A stretch of DNA of 64,000 nucleotides from Octopus sinensis (taxonomy: Eukaryota), in contig NC_043000.1 of NCBI RefSeq assembly GCF_006345805.1, forward strand, positions 141,236,001 through 141,300,000, read 5' to 3'. The notes under the pieces were generated by a model. It was not told the DNA's origin, ran no database searches, and saw nothing but the letters and a program-made list of their open reading frames with translations. Made by a program: the position numbers and the translations under genes. This document shows, one piece after another, positions 40,751 to 53,520 of the stretch. Each line of letters opens with the position of its first letter. The first letter of the stretch is position 1.

Positions 40751-41571
40751 TCACTCAGTATTTTATGCACTTTCCTCTGTGCACATTCTCTCTTCATAAC
40801 ATGACAACAAGGTTGTACTACTGTTAGGCAATGTTTCGTTTGTTCCTAGACCTGAGTACAAAATGAATTTCCCCACTGTTTATGGAGCTTTAAGTGATGG
40901 TATGCTAGAAACCAAGATTTGTTACCTTTGATTCTGCCTCAGATGGTCTCCATTACTTTTCTTTCTTGTTTCCTTACTCTGTACAGCTCATCTGAGCAAA
41001 AGGCTCTGGAGTGGTTCTTACTACTACAAATATATCAACTAAACTTTTTGTCTTGAACCATCAAACCCATGCTCTTTGTCTTGATGACTTCATCTGAGCA
41101 CAGTTCCAATATGGTTTTATGCACTTCAAGAGACATTAAAACATGGAAATCCATTTTTATGTTCCTGCAACATGTCTCATCTATTGTCAACCCTACTTTA
41201 ATCACATGCCCAAACGTTTATACAAAAGTGATTGCCAACTAGGCATCCACATCGTTTTCAAAGTATTTTATGATCACTTCTGTATTTCTCTGCCCTGTAT
41301 ATTGGGCTGAGTCTTCAGTTTTAGAATTGCAACATACAGTGCCATAACATTTGTGATTACTTTTTGTTTTAGAGAATATCTCTTGAGGTATCCTGGAGTG
41401 CTTGCTGTTGCTATCAGAAGGTTATAGGTGCATTCCAGAAGTTTTGAGTCCCTTTTTAGGGAGAGGCAGTTATATCTGTTCTAGATTATTGTAATTTTAA
41501 TATATCATTACTAAATATTTTACATTAAATGTACCTGGGTCTCTGATAACCTGAGACAAAAAAGGGCTCTA

Positions 41572-41970
41572 CAATTATGATTTAGAGACCAAGAGAAGAG
41601 GGCTCCATGTGAGAATCCTGACTTTTCCAGATGCAAGAAGGCCAGGCATAGCAAGTCTGCTGGGAAGCTCATGATGTGCCACTTTTTCAACAGCAAGGAC
41701 ATCATCTACATCTACTGGGTTTCCACAGGTTAGACTGTCAACAAAAAGTGCATTGTGGAGGTTTTTAAGGAATTCAAGAAGAGGGTCTCATCGTAAAAAG
41801 CCAGAGCTCTTCCACTCAGATTAGTAGCACCTGCTCCAGGACAAGGCACCAGTCCACAATCCAATCCTGTTGACCAACAATTTAACACAGATGGGGATCA
41901 AAATTGTCCCTCATCCTCCCTAGAGTCTTGACCTTGCTCCCTGTGACTTTTGATTGTTCCTCCAGGCTGA
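41572..41970 (+). mobile_element. mariner transposase catalytic-domain fragment (pseudogene)
   Basis: YDLETKRR..., HLLQDKAPVH, IVPHPP*SLDLAPCDF motifs with stops. Confidence 0.82.
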
Positions 41971-42564
41971 TGTAAGACAGCCTGGTTTTGCAAAATTCTC
42001 CTGAATACTTTTTTACTTTTGTTTTAGAACTGCCTTAAGCCTAAAAATTATGTTTTTTTTTTTTGGTATTAGAATGAAAGTAAGATGAACTTTAACACAA
42101 CCATTATGTGAGTTAAAATATTTGGTTGTGCTAGTGTTTCTATTGTTTCTGTTATTTTCACTAGCTTCAAGATTACTTACTTGACAGTTTGGAATATTTT
42201 TCTAATTAAAAGTACTCATCTATCTTCCTTTTGTTCATTTAGCTTTTAATTAATTTTTGTGCCTTTCTTTGTTTACTATTAAAATTTTGTCATGTACTGT
42301 GTTTGTGACTGATAGTTGCTTTGAATTTTAAAATGTTGCAAGTATAAATAAATAAGATAAAGTTTGCAAAAATAGGCATATACTTTTTGTTTCTACATTC
42401 AGAAAGGTTTCCTCTGGTAACTGAAAATTTTAGCAAATATATTCCAAAGAATCGCAGCAGGATTTCAATTTAGGATGTAATGATCCAGATAAAGCCTGCA
42501 GAGCATTTTATCTAAAGCTCAAACAAGTCTGCCAATCCACCAACCTATTAATAAACATAACACT

Positions 42565-42607
42565 ATAAATAATAATAATAATGATGATGATAATAATAAT
42601 AATAATA

Positions 42608-42648
<41 letters not shown>

Positions 42649-42663
42649 GTAATAGTAAAAATA

Positions 42664-42722
<59 letters not shown>

Positions 42723-42775
42723 GTAATAGTAAAAATAATAATAATAATAGTAATAATAATAATAGTAATAGTAAA

Positions 42776-42807
<32 letters not shown>

Positions 42808-42823
42808 TAATAGTAATAGTAAA

Positions 42824-42866
<43 letters not shown>

Positions 42867-43059
42867 TAATAATAATAGTAATAGTAATAGTAAAAATAAT
42901 AATAATAATAGTAATAATAATAATAGTAATAGTAAAAATAATAATAATAATAATAATAATAATGAGAAGAAGAAGAAGAAGAAGAAGAAGAAGAAGAAGA
43001 AGAAGAAGAAGAAGAAGAAGAAGAAGAAGAAGAAGAAGAAGAAGAAAAAGAAGAAGAAG
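42565..43059. repeat. ~500 bp compound (AAT)n + (GAA)n microsatellite
   Basis: Directly visible. Confidence 0.97.
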
Positions 43060-43060
43060 T

Positions 43061-43570
43061 TAGTGGGTGCTAGAGAGAGGTATGGTATGAGCACAAACTG
43101 TAGAAAGTGATGGAGTCAGAGATTAGCAAAATCCTCTGGGGTTTCTTAATCCAAACAAATCAGGTGCTAGAGCTTATCAGACCAGATCTAGTTGTCGTCA
43201 ACAAGATGCACTACATGTGCTATATAGTTGATGTTGTATGTCCCTTTGACCTACGAATAGTCAAAAAGGAAGGCAAAAATACAGATAATTACAACCCGGC
43301 TATAGAAATAGCCAGGTGAAGATAGGGCCAATTTTTGTTGGGTCCTTGGGGATAGTATCAGAAGGCATCAAGAGGAATTTAAAGGAAATTGAAATAGAGT
43401 TCCCAGTAGAACTGTTACAAAAGGTTTGCCTCCTTGGCATGGCCAGAATAATCAGGAAAGTATTACATAGTTGAAAAGAATGGATAGCATGATACCATAG
43501 GCTGCATGTAGCAAGTCTGCTATGCATGCAAGACTCCAAGAGTTCCAACAAAACCTGTCATAAAAATAAA
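43061..43570 (+). mobile_element. R4/Dong-like RLE endonuclease domain and 3' end
   Basis: WYEHKL*KVMESEISKILWGFLIQTNQVLELIRPDLVVVNK...CYIVDVVCPFD...LLQKVCLLGMARIIRKVLHS*, ending in (AAT)n. Confidence 0.88.
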
Positions 43571-43589
43571 TAACAATAATAATAATAAT

Positions 43590-43800
43590 TATTTCAAATT
43601 TTGACATAAGGCCAGCAATTTTGGGAGAGGGGACAAGTCGATTACAATGATCCCAGAGCTTGATTGGTACTTATTTTATCAACCCTAAAAGGATGGAAGG
43701 CAAAGTCGACCTTGGCAGGATTTGAACTCAGAATGTGATAATGGGGGGAAATACCGCTAAGCATTTCATCCAACATGCTAGCAATTTTGCTAGCATGTTA
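43590..43800 (-). mobile_element. SINE family C
   Basis: Degenerate reverse-complement copy. Confidence 0.8.
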
Positions 43801-44098
43801 CCTTAATAATAATAATAATAATAATAATCCTTTCTACTAAAGGCACAAAGCCTGAAATTTTGGAGGAGGGGACTAATCGATTATGTTGATCTCATTGCAT
43901 ATGGATGGGGGTAGAGCAGTTAGAAGGGGTAATTTGCCATTTTATGCTCATTGTTCCTAACACAAAGGGACCTTACTTGCTATCTCCATACTAACAGAAT
44001 GTTCCATGACATCATTTGTCAAAACAGATTTTTTTGAGCCTCTTTGGAACAACAAAAACAAAAACAGTAACAACAACAATGAAATTTATCCCATACAT

Positions 44099-44305
44099 GG
44101 TAAGAGTGGCTGTGTGGTAAGTAGCTTGCTTACAAACCACATGGTTCCGGGTTCAGTCCCACTGTGTGGCACCTTGGGCAAGTGTCTCCAACTATAGCCT
44201 TGGGCCGACCAATGCCTTATGAGTGGATTGGTAGATTGAAACTGAAGAAGCCCGTTGTATATATGTATATATATATATATATAATATATATATATATAAT
44301 ATATG

Positions 44306-44337
<32 letters not shown>

Positions 44338-44338
44338 T

Positions 44339-44377
<39 letters not shown>

Positions 44378-44594
44378 ATATTTTTGTGTGTGTGTGTTTG
44401 TCCCCCCAACATCGCTTGACAACTGATGCTGGCGTGTTTACGTCCCCGTAACTTAACGGTTCAGCAAAAGAGACCGATAGAATAAGTACCAGGCTTACAA
44501 AGAATAAGTCCTGGGCTCAGTTTGCTTAACTAAAAAGGTGGTGCTCCAGCATGGCCACAGTCAAATGACTGAAACAAGTAAAAGAGTAAAAGTA
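44099..44594 (+). mobile_element. SINE family AB
   Basis: Full copy with long TA tract. Confidence 0.9.
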
Positions 44595-45492
44595 TATAAT
44601 TTCGTTTTATGGATTGGGAGTTAGTAGCAATGTGTGAACAACTTCCTCAATCTTTTCCCAGAATGTCTTCTTCCTGTCCTGTGAGTTTGTCTCATGTGAT
44701 ACCATAGATCAAATTTGTTAAATATTTTGTTTCATTATTTTTACAATACATAAATAGAATAATTAATACACTATCATTTGGCAGATAAAGTGAGTTATTT
44801 TATTTATAATATATCTATATAGTGGAGTCCTTTTAAAAAAATGTAGCAAATAAATTACTTGAATTACAACAAGCTTTAAAATATATAATCACCATTTGCT
44901 TATTAGCTGAAATATTAAAATTCAAACAGCTAAAATGGACGAATGTTTATGTAATATCTAAAATAATCTATCTTTTTATGATTTTAATCAAGTGATATTA
45001 TTCCTCAGAAGTTGTTTTTTGGTCTCTATTAACAATTAACACTTTTCCGAATACATAATATTAATTCCTAAAATAGGAATTAACATAAGACATTTGAGAT
45101 GATAGAACAGTCAATTATATCAACCCTAGTACTTAACTGGTATTGATACCATTAAATGTAGAAAGGAAAAGTAAAGATGACTTTTGGTAGGTTTGAAACT
45201 TAAAATGGAAAGAGTCAGAACAAATATTGGAGAGCAATTTTACCAATTATTATTGATCAAATCCTTGCCCCTCCTGAAAAAATCCTTGAAATATGAAGAG
45301 ATAGTCAGTTTCCTCAGACAGAGTCCATTCTCCAAGAAGACAAGGTTCTTTTATATTCACGATCCAAATTTTTTTTTCTTTCATATAATTTTTTACCCAA
45401 TACGAATTCACAAGAGGTAAAAATTATACTTTCATTGAAATTAGAAGAGAAAAGTTGTACATATCAATATCAAAGTACGAATGTAGTAAACT

Positions 45493-46508
45493 AATGTCTG
45501 AGAGTGACATAAAATGACATATTGAAAAAGAAGAGAAGATGGCAGAATCCCCAAGGACATACTCTACGGAGAGCTTGCTAGGGGTACAAGGTCTGTGGGT
45601 AGACCGTTCTTACGTTACAAGGATGTTTGCAAAAGTGGCATGAAGGCCTGCAACATCAATATTAGCTGTTGGGAAGCAGTTGCCGGCAACCGTGGAGATT
45701 GGCGACATACCGTAAAAGAGGGAATACAAAGGAGTGACAGAGAGAGAGAGAGAGGGGAGAAATGGAAAGACAAAAAAAGACGTCAACAAGAAAATATGGC
45801 ATTACAACCAGCCAGGAACAGTCTTCGCTACATTTGCGGTACCTGCTAGAGGGAGTGTTTGTCCAGGATAGGGCTACACAGCCACAACAGGAAATGTATC
45901 AGGACATGAAATGTAAAAGCCGGACTAGACTATTTTATGCGCAACTCCATTGTCTCCCGAGACAAAAAGGATGCCAACAATGTCTGAGAGTGAAATAAAA
46001 TGACATATTGAAAAAGAAGAGAAGATGGCAGAATCCCCAAGGACATACTCTACGGAGAGCTTGCTAGGGGTACAAGGTCTGTGGGTAGACCGTTCTTACG
46101 TTACAAGGATGTTTGCAAAAGTGGCATGAAGGCCTGCAACATCAATATTAGCTGTTGGGAAGCAGTTGCCGGCAACCGTGGAGATTGGCGACATACCGTA
46201 AAAGAGGGAATACAAAGGAGTGACAGAGAGAGAGAGAGAGGGGAGAAATGGAAAGACAAAAAAGACGTCAACAAGAAAATATGGCATTACAACCAGCCAG
46301 GAACAGTCTTCGCTACATTTGCGGTACCTGCTAGAGGGAGTGTTTGTCCAGGATAGGGCTACACAGCCACAACAGGAAATGTATCAGGACATGAAATGTA
46401 AAAGCCGGACTAGACTATTTTATGCGCAACTCCATTGTCTCCCGAGACAAAAAGGATGCCAACAATGTCTGAGAGTGAAATAAAATGACATATTGAAAAA
46501 GAAGAGAA
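45493..46508 (+). mobile_element. Tandem pair of near-identical RTE-clade LINE 3' ends bounded by three 45-bp repeats
   Basis: DGRIPKDILYGELARGTRSVGRPFLRYKDVCK...YICGTC*RECLSRIGLHSHNRKC; repeats at 45493-45537, 45979-46023 and 46464-46508. Confidence 0.9.
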
Positions 46509-46750
46509 ATTTAGAATGGCAAAAATCTTTGGATTCCAGCAAAAATGTGACAAAAGATCCAAAAGATCCAAGTTTTGAATTGATAAGATTGGGTGAAGTT
46601 TTAAATAGGACAAATCATTAAAAATCTTTGGTATTAAGGTTCCAGAAATTTAGGTGGAGTTTTGACATGACAAATTTTGCATGTTGAATTTAATAAAGAA
46701 TCATTGACTCTATCTCATTATGTCCTTTTGAAGGTTATTCAATATTTCAG

Positions 46751-46829
46751 CCCTCCTTTAGGGTAAATGCTCGTCAGGCCTCCACAGGAGCTTGTGCAAA
46801 TGTTAACCCTGAGGACAGCATGTTCACAA
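46751..46829 (+). CDS. Candidate internal exon (79 nt, phase 0-1): PSFRVNARQASTGACANVNPEDSMFT
   Basis: aatatttcag| acceptor, CAA|gtatgt donor, locally GC-rich, only one open frame; no recognised homolog. Confidence 0.3.
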
Positions 46830-46876
46830 GTATGTATAGATGCATATGTACACTCACACACACATATGTAAGTGCG

Positions 46877-46921
<45 letters not shown>

Positions 46922-46936
46922 CACTTATACATAAAT

Positions 46937-47242
46937 AGGAGCACTCAGTCGGTTGCGATGACGAGAGTCCCAGCTGATATGATCAACGGAACAGCTTGCT
47001 TGTGAAATAACCTGTAAGTCGCTGAGCACTCCACAAACATGTGTACTCTTAACGTAGTTCTCGGGGAGACTCAGCGTGACACAGAGTGTGACAAGGCTGG
47101 CCCTTTGAAATACAGGTACTACTCATTTTTGCCAGCTGAGTGGACTGGTGCAACGTGAAATAAAGAGTCTTGCTCAAGGACACAACATGCCACTGGGAAT
47201 TGAACTCCCAACCTTACAATCATGAGCCGAATGCCCTAACCC
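46937..47242 (-). mobile_element. SINE with D/F-type head and E-type tail
   Basis: Tail matches 10070-10247; head matches 8840-8970. Confidence 0.8.
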
Positions 47243-47285
47243 CTAAGCCATGTGCCTTCACAAACCTTATACATACATACATACA

Positions 47286-47317
<32 letters not shown>

Positions 47318-47692
47318 CACACACACACACACATACATATATAGTCATATAGTTATAGTCAGGAATATGGTTTGCAGTGGACCTTGTTCAGTAAGCAGCA
47401 CTGATAAAGTCACAATAAACATGAAACATTGATGTCTGTTGCTCTGAGAAGGGATCTATGTGAGTTGTCTCACTTGACTATGACTTACTTTCTGGTGTTT
47501 TTTCCACCAGGTACATAGAGAATATATTCTCTTACACCTAAAAACCACAGCTGACCCACGAACTAACATGTGTGTTTGATTTAGTTTATATACCTCGAGC
47601 CACTTCTAATTCATATTTGAAAATATATATATATATATACATGTATGTGTGTGAGTGTATGTAAGCATGCATATATATATATATACATACAT

Positions 47693-47968
47693 ACCATGCC
47701 GGTGGCACATAAAAAGTACTAACCGATCATGGCCACTGCCAGCCTCCCCTGACACCTGTGCTGGTGGCATATATAAAGCACCCACTACACTCACGGAGTG
47801 GTTGGCATTAGGAAGGGCATCCAGCTGTAGAAACACTGCCAGATCAGACTGGAGTCTGGTGTGGCCTCCTGGCTTCCCAGACCCCAGTAAAAAACGTCCA
47901 ACGCATACTAGCATGGAAAACGGACGTTAAATGACGACGACGATGATGACGATGATGAGGATGATGAT
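47693..47968 (+). mobile_element. RTE 3' UTR fragment with (GAC/GAT)n tail
   Basis: Matches the RTE tail family. Confidence 0.85.
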
Positions 47969-48831
47969 ACATTCATACATACATACATATATATATGCAT
48001 GCATACATGCAAAAATACATACATACATTTATACATACATGTTTGTATAAAGATATGTATGCTAATGTCGCTATTTCTGCATACTCATAGACATGCAAGC
48101 ATTCTTGTATACTTATGCTGCGTATATCACAATTTCAACATCACTTGGTTCTATTACCATTTTGGCGGTGGTGAAGGTGAATGCTAGGTCAATATTTCCA
48201 AGGATTGATTCATGTAAGTTCATTCATATATCATGTACATAAGCTAATTTATTTCTGAGTGTCACAGGAATTATTTCCTGTTTATAATGAAATCGCCATA
48301 TATCAATCCATCCATCCTGATAAATGTATCCATTTAAAAGTAAGGAATTACATTGCATGTGTCTGTCACGCTGTTATTGTAAATCCTTCTTGAGGAAGAC
48401 TTCTATCACAATGCATTACAAGCAGCAAGTACTTTGAAAACACCTAGGTCAGTAAATACACTCACCTGCACACAAAATACATACATGCACAAATACACAG
48501 ACACGCACATGCACACATATACACAACCTCAAATTCAAACTCTTTTATTTCTTTCTATTATTCTTAATCAAAATCAATAGCATGCTATTGGATATGGCAT
48601 GTAGAGGCAAGACTTTGTGTATATATATATATATGCTTATATTTGTTCTCATGTATGTGTGTGCATGTGCGTGTGTCTATGTGTATGTGTGTGCATGCAT
48701 ATCTATATGCTTGTCTCTGTTTAAACACACATACACGTAGTACATTAATTATCTCTTTGTGCACATATATTTGGATTTTCCACACACACTCAAGCCCATT
48801 TGTTGTGTACTTGCATATATGTGTTTGTGTT

Positions 48832-48867
<36 letters not shown>

Positions 48868-49687
48868 CTTGTGTGTGTATGTGTATCTGCCCATGTGTAC
48901 ATTTGTATTTACATTCATATATGTGTTTGTCTATTTATTTTTATAACAAGACTTAAAGGAACCAACGGTATGAATTAATGAAATTTTAGAACATGGAATA
49001 TATTCATATAATTTTCCCCTGGCATAAATGCCAATCTGTCAACAGACCAAAAAATTCTTCATTGCAGTTTCATATGAATCAGATTATTCTGAATCTGAAG
49101 TTGAAAATTCTATGAAGAAAATTTATTTTCTGGACATTATACCAAAATGTATGTTTGTTTGTTTACATGAAGATAATTTTAAAATTTGAGACAAAATGAT
49201 TGCATGGAATTTTATTAAGAAGGGCATCTAAGTTCAGGCATTTCATGAGAAGTCAGAGTTGTACTCTCGTCTAAAGGTCATCTGCAATCATATTATTAAC
49301 TTAAGTTCATCATTTATAAACTTAACAATTTCATAAATATATGTCTAACGAGATTAGATTGCATGTTTGTTACAATGAAATTTAAACAATTTCTTCTTTT
49401 TGAAGGTATTTATAAAAAAACAAAAATCTTATGTGCTGGCCACAGGTAGTTAACTATTTACAGGGAAGACAATCTCTTCTAGATTAAGTTAATTTGAAGC
49501 TGATTTGAAAGTTTGTGATTCATATGAAAGAGTAAAGAAGGTGTACATAGTACAAACATTTAATAGTTTTTTTTTTCAACACATGGTGAAGTTCTTAAAG
49601 TTTCTAGTCATATCATTTTGTATATCTTTATTTGTTTATGTATTAAACTGCTATTTGTATCAAGTTCACTGGCAAGACAAAGTCTGC

Positions 49688-49995
49688 GTGGAGGCACATG
49701 GCCTAATGGTTAGAGCAGCGGACTCGCAGTCTAGGGATTGCGGGTTCGAATCTCAGACCGAGTGATGTGTGTGTTTATGAGTGAAACACCTAAGCTCCAC
49801 ACGGCTCCGGCAGAAGGTAATGGCGAACTTCTGCTGACTCTTTCACCACAACTTTCTCTCACTCTTTCTTCCTGCATCTTGCAACTCACCTGTGACAGCC
49901 CGGCGTCCTGTCCAGATGGGGAACCTGTACACCAAAGAAACCAGGAAACCGGCCCTTATGAGCCAGTCATGGCTCGAGAAGGAAGGAAAACAACA
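49688..49995 (+). mobile_element. SINE family E/D hybrid
   Basis: E-type head with D-type 3' end (GAAACCGGCCCxTATGAGCC). Confidence 0.8.
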
Positions 49996-51341
49996 ACAAA
50001 GCCTGCAGCAGTAAAAGATACAAACGAAAAGTGGTGAGGTTATATCCTAGGATTTAGGATCTCATGACTGACATGATGTGAATGGTCTCATCTGATGACA
50101 TCTTGGCAGACATGTCAAATCGATGCCAGCATAGTAAATAAATATTAAACCCATAATTATGTCAATGACAACTATATTAAGTTTAATGTGGCCCACAACT
50201 AAAGCAAAATATTTTCTTTCACAAATTTTCAATGAATTATAAATTAACAATATTTTGATTATTTTAATTTGAAATCTTGTATTGTTTTGAACACAATGTC
50301 TTACAAACAACTTGCACATGCAAGTGCTACCAGTCAACAACTCTGCATACCAGAAGCCAGCAAGTGTATGGGGTCATCAGGAGAGAATGCACGCTGTTTC
50401 AGAGCCTACCTCTCGACAGCATCAATGCGCACTGGCCACCCCTCACTGACATGATGCCCCGCTTGCTAGATCAACTGGTTATTAAATAAAGCTCAATATT
50501 CATTGTAACAAGCATGCAATCTAATCTCGTTAGACATATATTTATGAAATTGTTAAGTTTATAAATGATGAACTGTAGTTAATAATATGATTGCAGTTGA
50601 CCTTTAGATGAGAGTGCGATTCTGACTTCTCATGAAATGCCTGAACTTAGATGCCCTTCTCAATAAAATTCCATGTAATCGTCTCTTATTAACCAAATCC
50701 AGTGGATAGCCTTCTCTGCTGTAGTTTGGATATTGGTCATGGTGGTATTTACAATATTTTGATTATTTTTATTTGAAATCTCGTATTGTTTTGAACATGT
50801 TAGAAATAAAAAGAGTATACATGAAATTACCTTTGATACTTAAACCTAATGTTAATATGAAGAACTTTTCACTATTATATCACCATTAGCTTTCCATTTG
50901 TTTGTTTCTCTTGTGTTCGCCAGTCAAACTCAGATATACATATGCACCAGTTTAAGAAACAACCATTGCAGTCGTAATCATAAGCATTAAAAGCCGTATT
51001 GGCAAAAACATTTCTTGTATGAGCATTGAAGATGAAGGGACTTGACAGCTTTTGGGAACAGCTTGTGTTTCCTTAAATATCATTCCACTCTCCTACCAGC
51101 TCTTTCTATTGGCTAAAACTGGTCAATCAGCATGACGCTTCACAAACTCTCATTGATGAGTATATTGCTAACTGATAAAGAAATGGTTTGGTTAGTCAAA
51201 GGGAAGCTAGATTTTGAGCTAGCCAATTGTTCTAATGCCCAGTGTCATTAACATGTGTACACACTCTCTTTAACCCACCATCTCTCTCCCTCTCTCTGTC
51301 TTTCTCTCTCACTCTCTTTTTTCTCTCTCTTATTGTAGACT

Positions 51342-51733
51342 AGCAGTATTGCCCGGCGTTGCTCAGGTTTGTTTCGACCCTTTAGAATTGAAATTTTTGA
51401 AAAGTAACAATTTTGCATTATGTAACTTGTTTATCTCTTTAAGCGAACATTTTTCTGGTTGAAATACACCAAAAAATGGCGACACAGCAGTAAAAAAATT
51501 GTAAAAAATATGGATTTCCATAGAAAAAAAGCACCTTTTTGATATAAATAATTTTTGGTGTTAACATGGTCCAATTTGAATTTTTTTCTTCTATGGAAGG
51601 AAGAGCAAGCCTTCTTCTATCATACTGTCAACTTTGGTCGACTTGTGCTGCAGGGTCCAGGAGGAGATAGTGTTAGTTGAAGGCTACCAAACCTGCCACA
51701 CACAGACAACTTCAGCTTTATACATAGAGAGAT
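51342..51733 (+). mobile_element. Non-autonomous Helitron-like element
   Basis: Starts ACTAGCAGTATTGCCCGGCGTTGCTC and ends CTTCAGCTTTATACATAGAGAGAT, the terminal pattern of Lep1-like rolling-circle non-autonomous elements. Confidence 0.6.
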
Positions 51734-52919
51734 TACCTTAAAATGCATTAGTGCAAACCTTTTCAATCTCTCAATGATGTAGAGCAAAAACACAAAAAGT
51801 TGAACACAAAAATTTTCTCATAGGGAAATCAAATACATAAGCATACACAAGTGGAAACACGAAAGAATTAATTTGTAACAAAGAATTTTTACCTTACTTG
51901 AACACGTACTTTTATATTTTTGGTAAAAACTATTTAACTCCTGATTGCTATTTCTAGCATTATATTATTATCTTTTGAAATTATCCTCCCCAATTTCATA
52001 AAAAAACACTTTTTTTTTTTACCGAAAAGAACTTGTGGGTGTATAATGAAAGGAACTTTTCCTCCTTGTCTATGTATTTTATTGACCATTTTACTTGATA
52101 TTCTCTTTTCCACAAACTCTAAAAGAATATAAATTGTTATCTTACAACCCTTGATGTCAGTAAACCCCACTTTTGGACTTCATGTGACTCACTTCATGTG
52201 ATTTCATGTTATGATTCATCTTATAAAATATGAGTGTTAATGTGAGTGCTTTATGTGGTTCTTTCATCTGCTAATCTCCATAAAATCATCAAAAAACAAA
52301 AACAAAAAAGGACACAGAATATATAGTTTGGAGTACACTATGCTTGGAAAATATGATGGAATCATTGTGGTTTGACTGTCATTGATTATAGTTTTACACA
52401 CTCAGAATTGTCACTCAATGATCTTTGAAGTTATGTAAATATTTGAACAGGTCTTTAATTTTTTAATGTTAAGCTCTGGTTTCAAGTTACTAATTGAAAA
52501 GTTATAATATTTTTGATACTTACTACAGCAAATACATTAATACTAACTTGTTTGAATAGTCTGTGTGAACTCTGCCATATTTGCTGTGGTTGGTGTCTGC
52601 AAGAGAACTAGGCAGACTAAAGCAACACCCATATCTCTTTCCCAATATATATTCTTTTAGTACCTAAGTAATTGATATTGATAACATAAACTTTGAAATA
52701 ACAATTGCTTATTTATATAAAAAGCCACAAGCTGGTAAGAGAGTGGAATGATATTTGAGGAAACACGAGCTGTTCCCAAAAGCCTAAAACTTGTAAAATG
52801 CACAAACAGGGCTTTAACTGAAATCTAATGTCAGTTTGTAAATTTTTCATACAAAAAATTTTATCTATATAATTTATTTAATACTACCAACTCTTTTATT
52901 ACTGCTGTCTTCTCGTCTC

Positions 52920-53520
52920 ATAAAGCAGACCAACAGAAACTGTTTGTAACCTTCCCAGAATCTGCTTCATCTTCCTGCAGCCTTAATACCACATACAAAA
53001 TCCACACTAAGTCCTTCAACAAAGAGACCTTAAAGACATCTTCGAATGGAGATGTGCCAAACTTGTCTCTTTCAATAGTAAGAAAACAAACACTAACAAT
53101 AACAAAAAAAAAGCATTGCACCATATCCACCGAATCGTGAGCAGTACACAACCTGAAGTATTTCTCCTTCTGGAAGGACATTCTTAATGTAGCAAGGACT
53201 GCATCCCAAATACTGCATGTTCCCTCGAAAGCCTAGAGATATTTCAACCTACTATGTTCATTGGCATTCTACAAAGCTCAGTTGAAGCCCACAATGTATT
53301 GTTGCTCTCACACCTGTCTCTGCAAACATAGACCACATCTAAAAAAGAGCCACTCAACTAACAGACATAAAGTCACTCACAGACATGTTTCAGCCTCTGA
53401 TCTACAAGTAGGTAGTCTCCTCTCTCTCTCTCTGTGCCTTTTCCACTGTAACTAAACTGGCCCTGCTACTTGGAGCTCACTGAGTTAACTCTACTTCAAT
53501 TCAGGCTATCCAAACCCACT
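52920..53520 (+). mobile_element. CR1/L2-group LINE RT C-terminal fragment (pseudogene)
   Basis: DLKDIFEWRCAKLVSFNSKKT; SFWKDILNVARTAS; LAFYKAQLKPTMYCCSHT. Confidence 0.72.

Noticed and set aside
40435-40827. 130-aa ORF with poly-Asp
   Set aside because: It is an RTE 3' UTR with an expanded (GAT)n tail.
42519-43094. 191-aa hydrophobic poly-F/L/Y/I ORF
   Set aside because: Reverse complement of the (AAT)n(GAA)n microsatellite.
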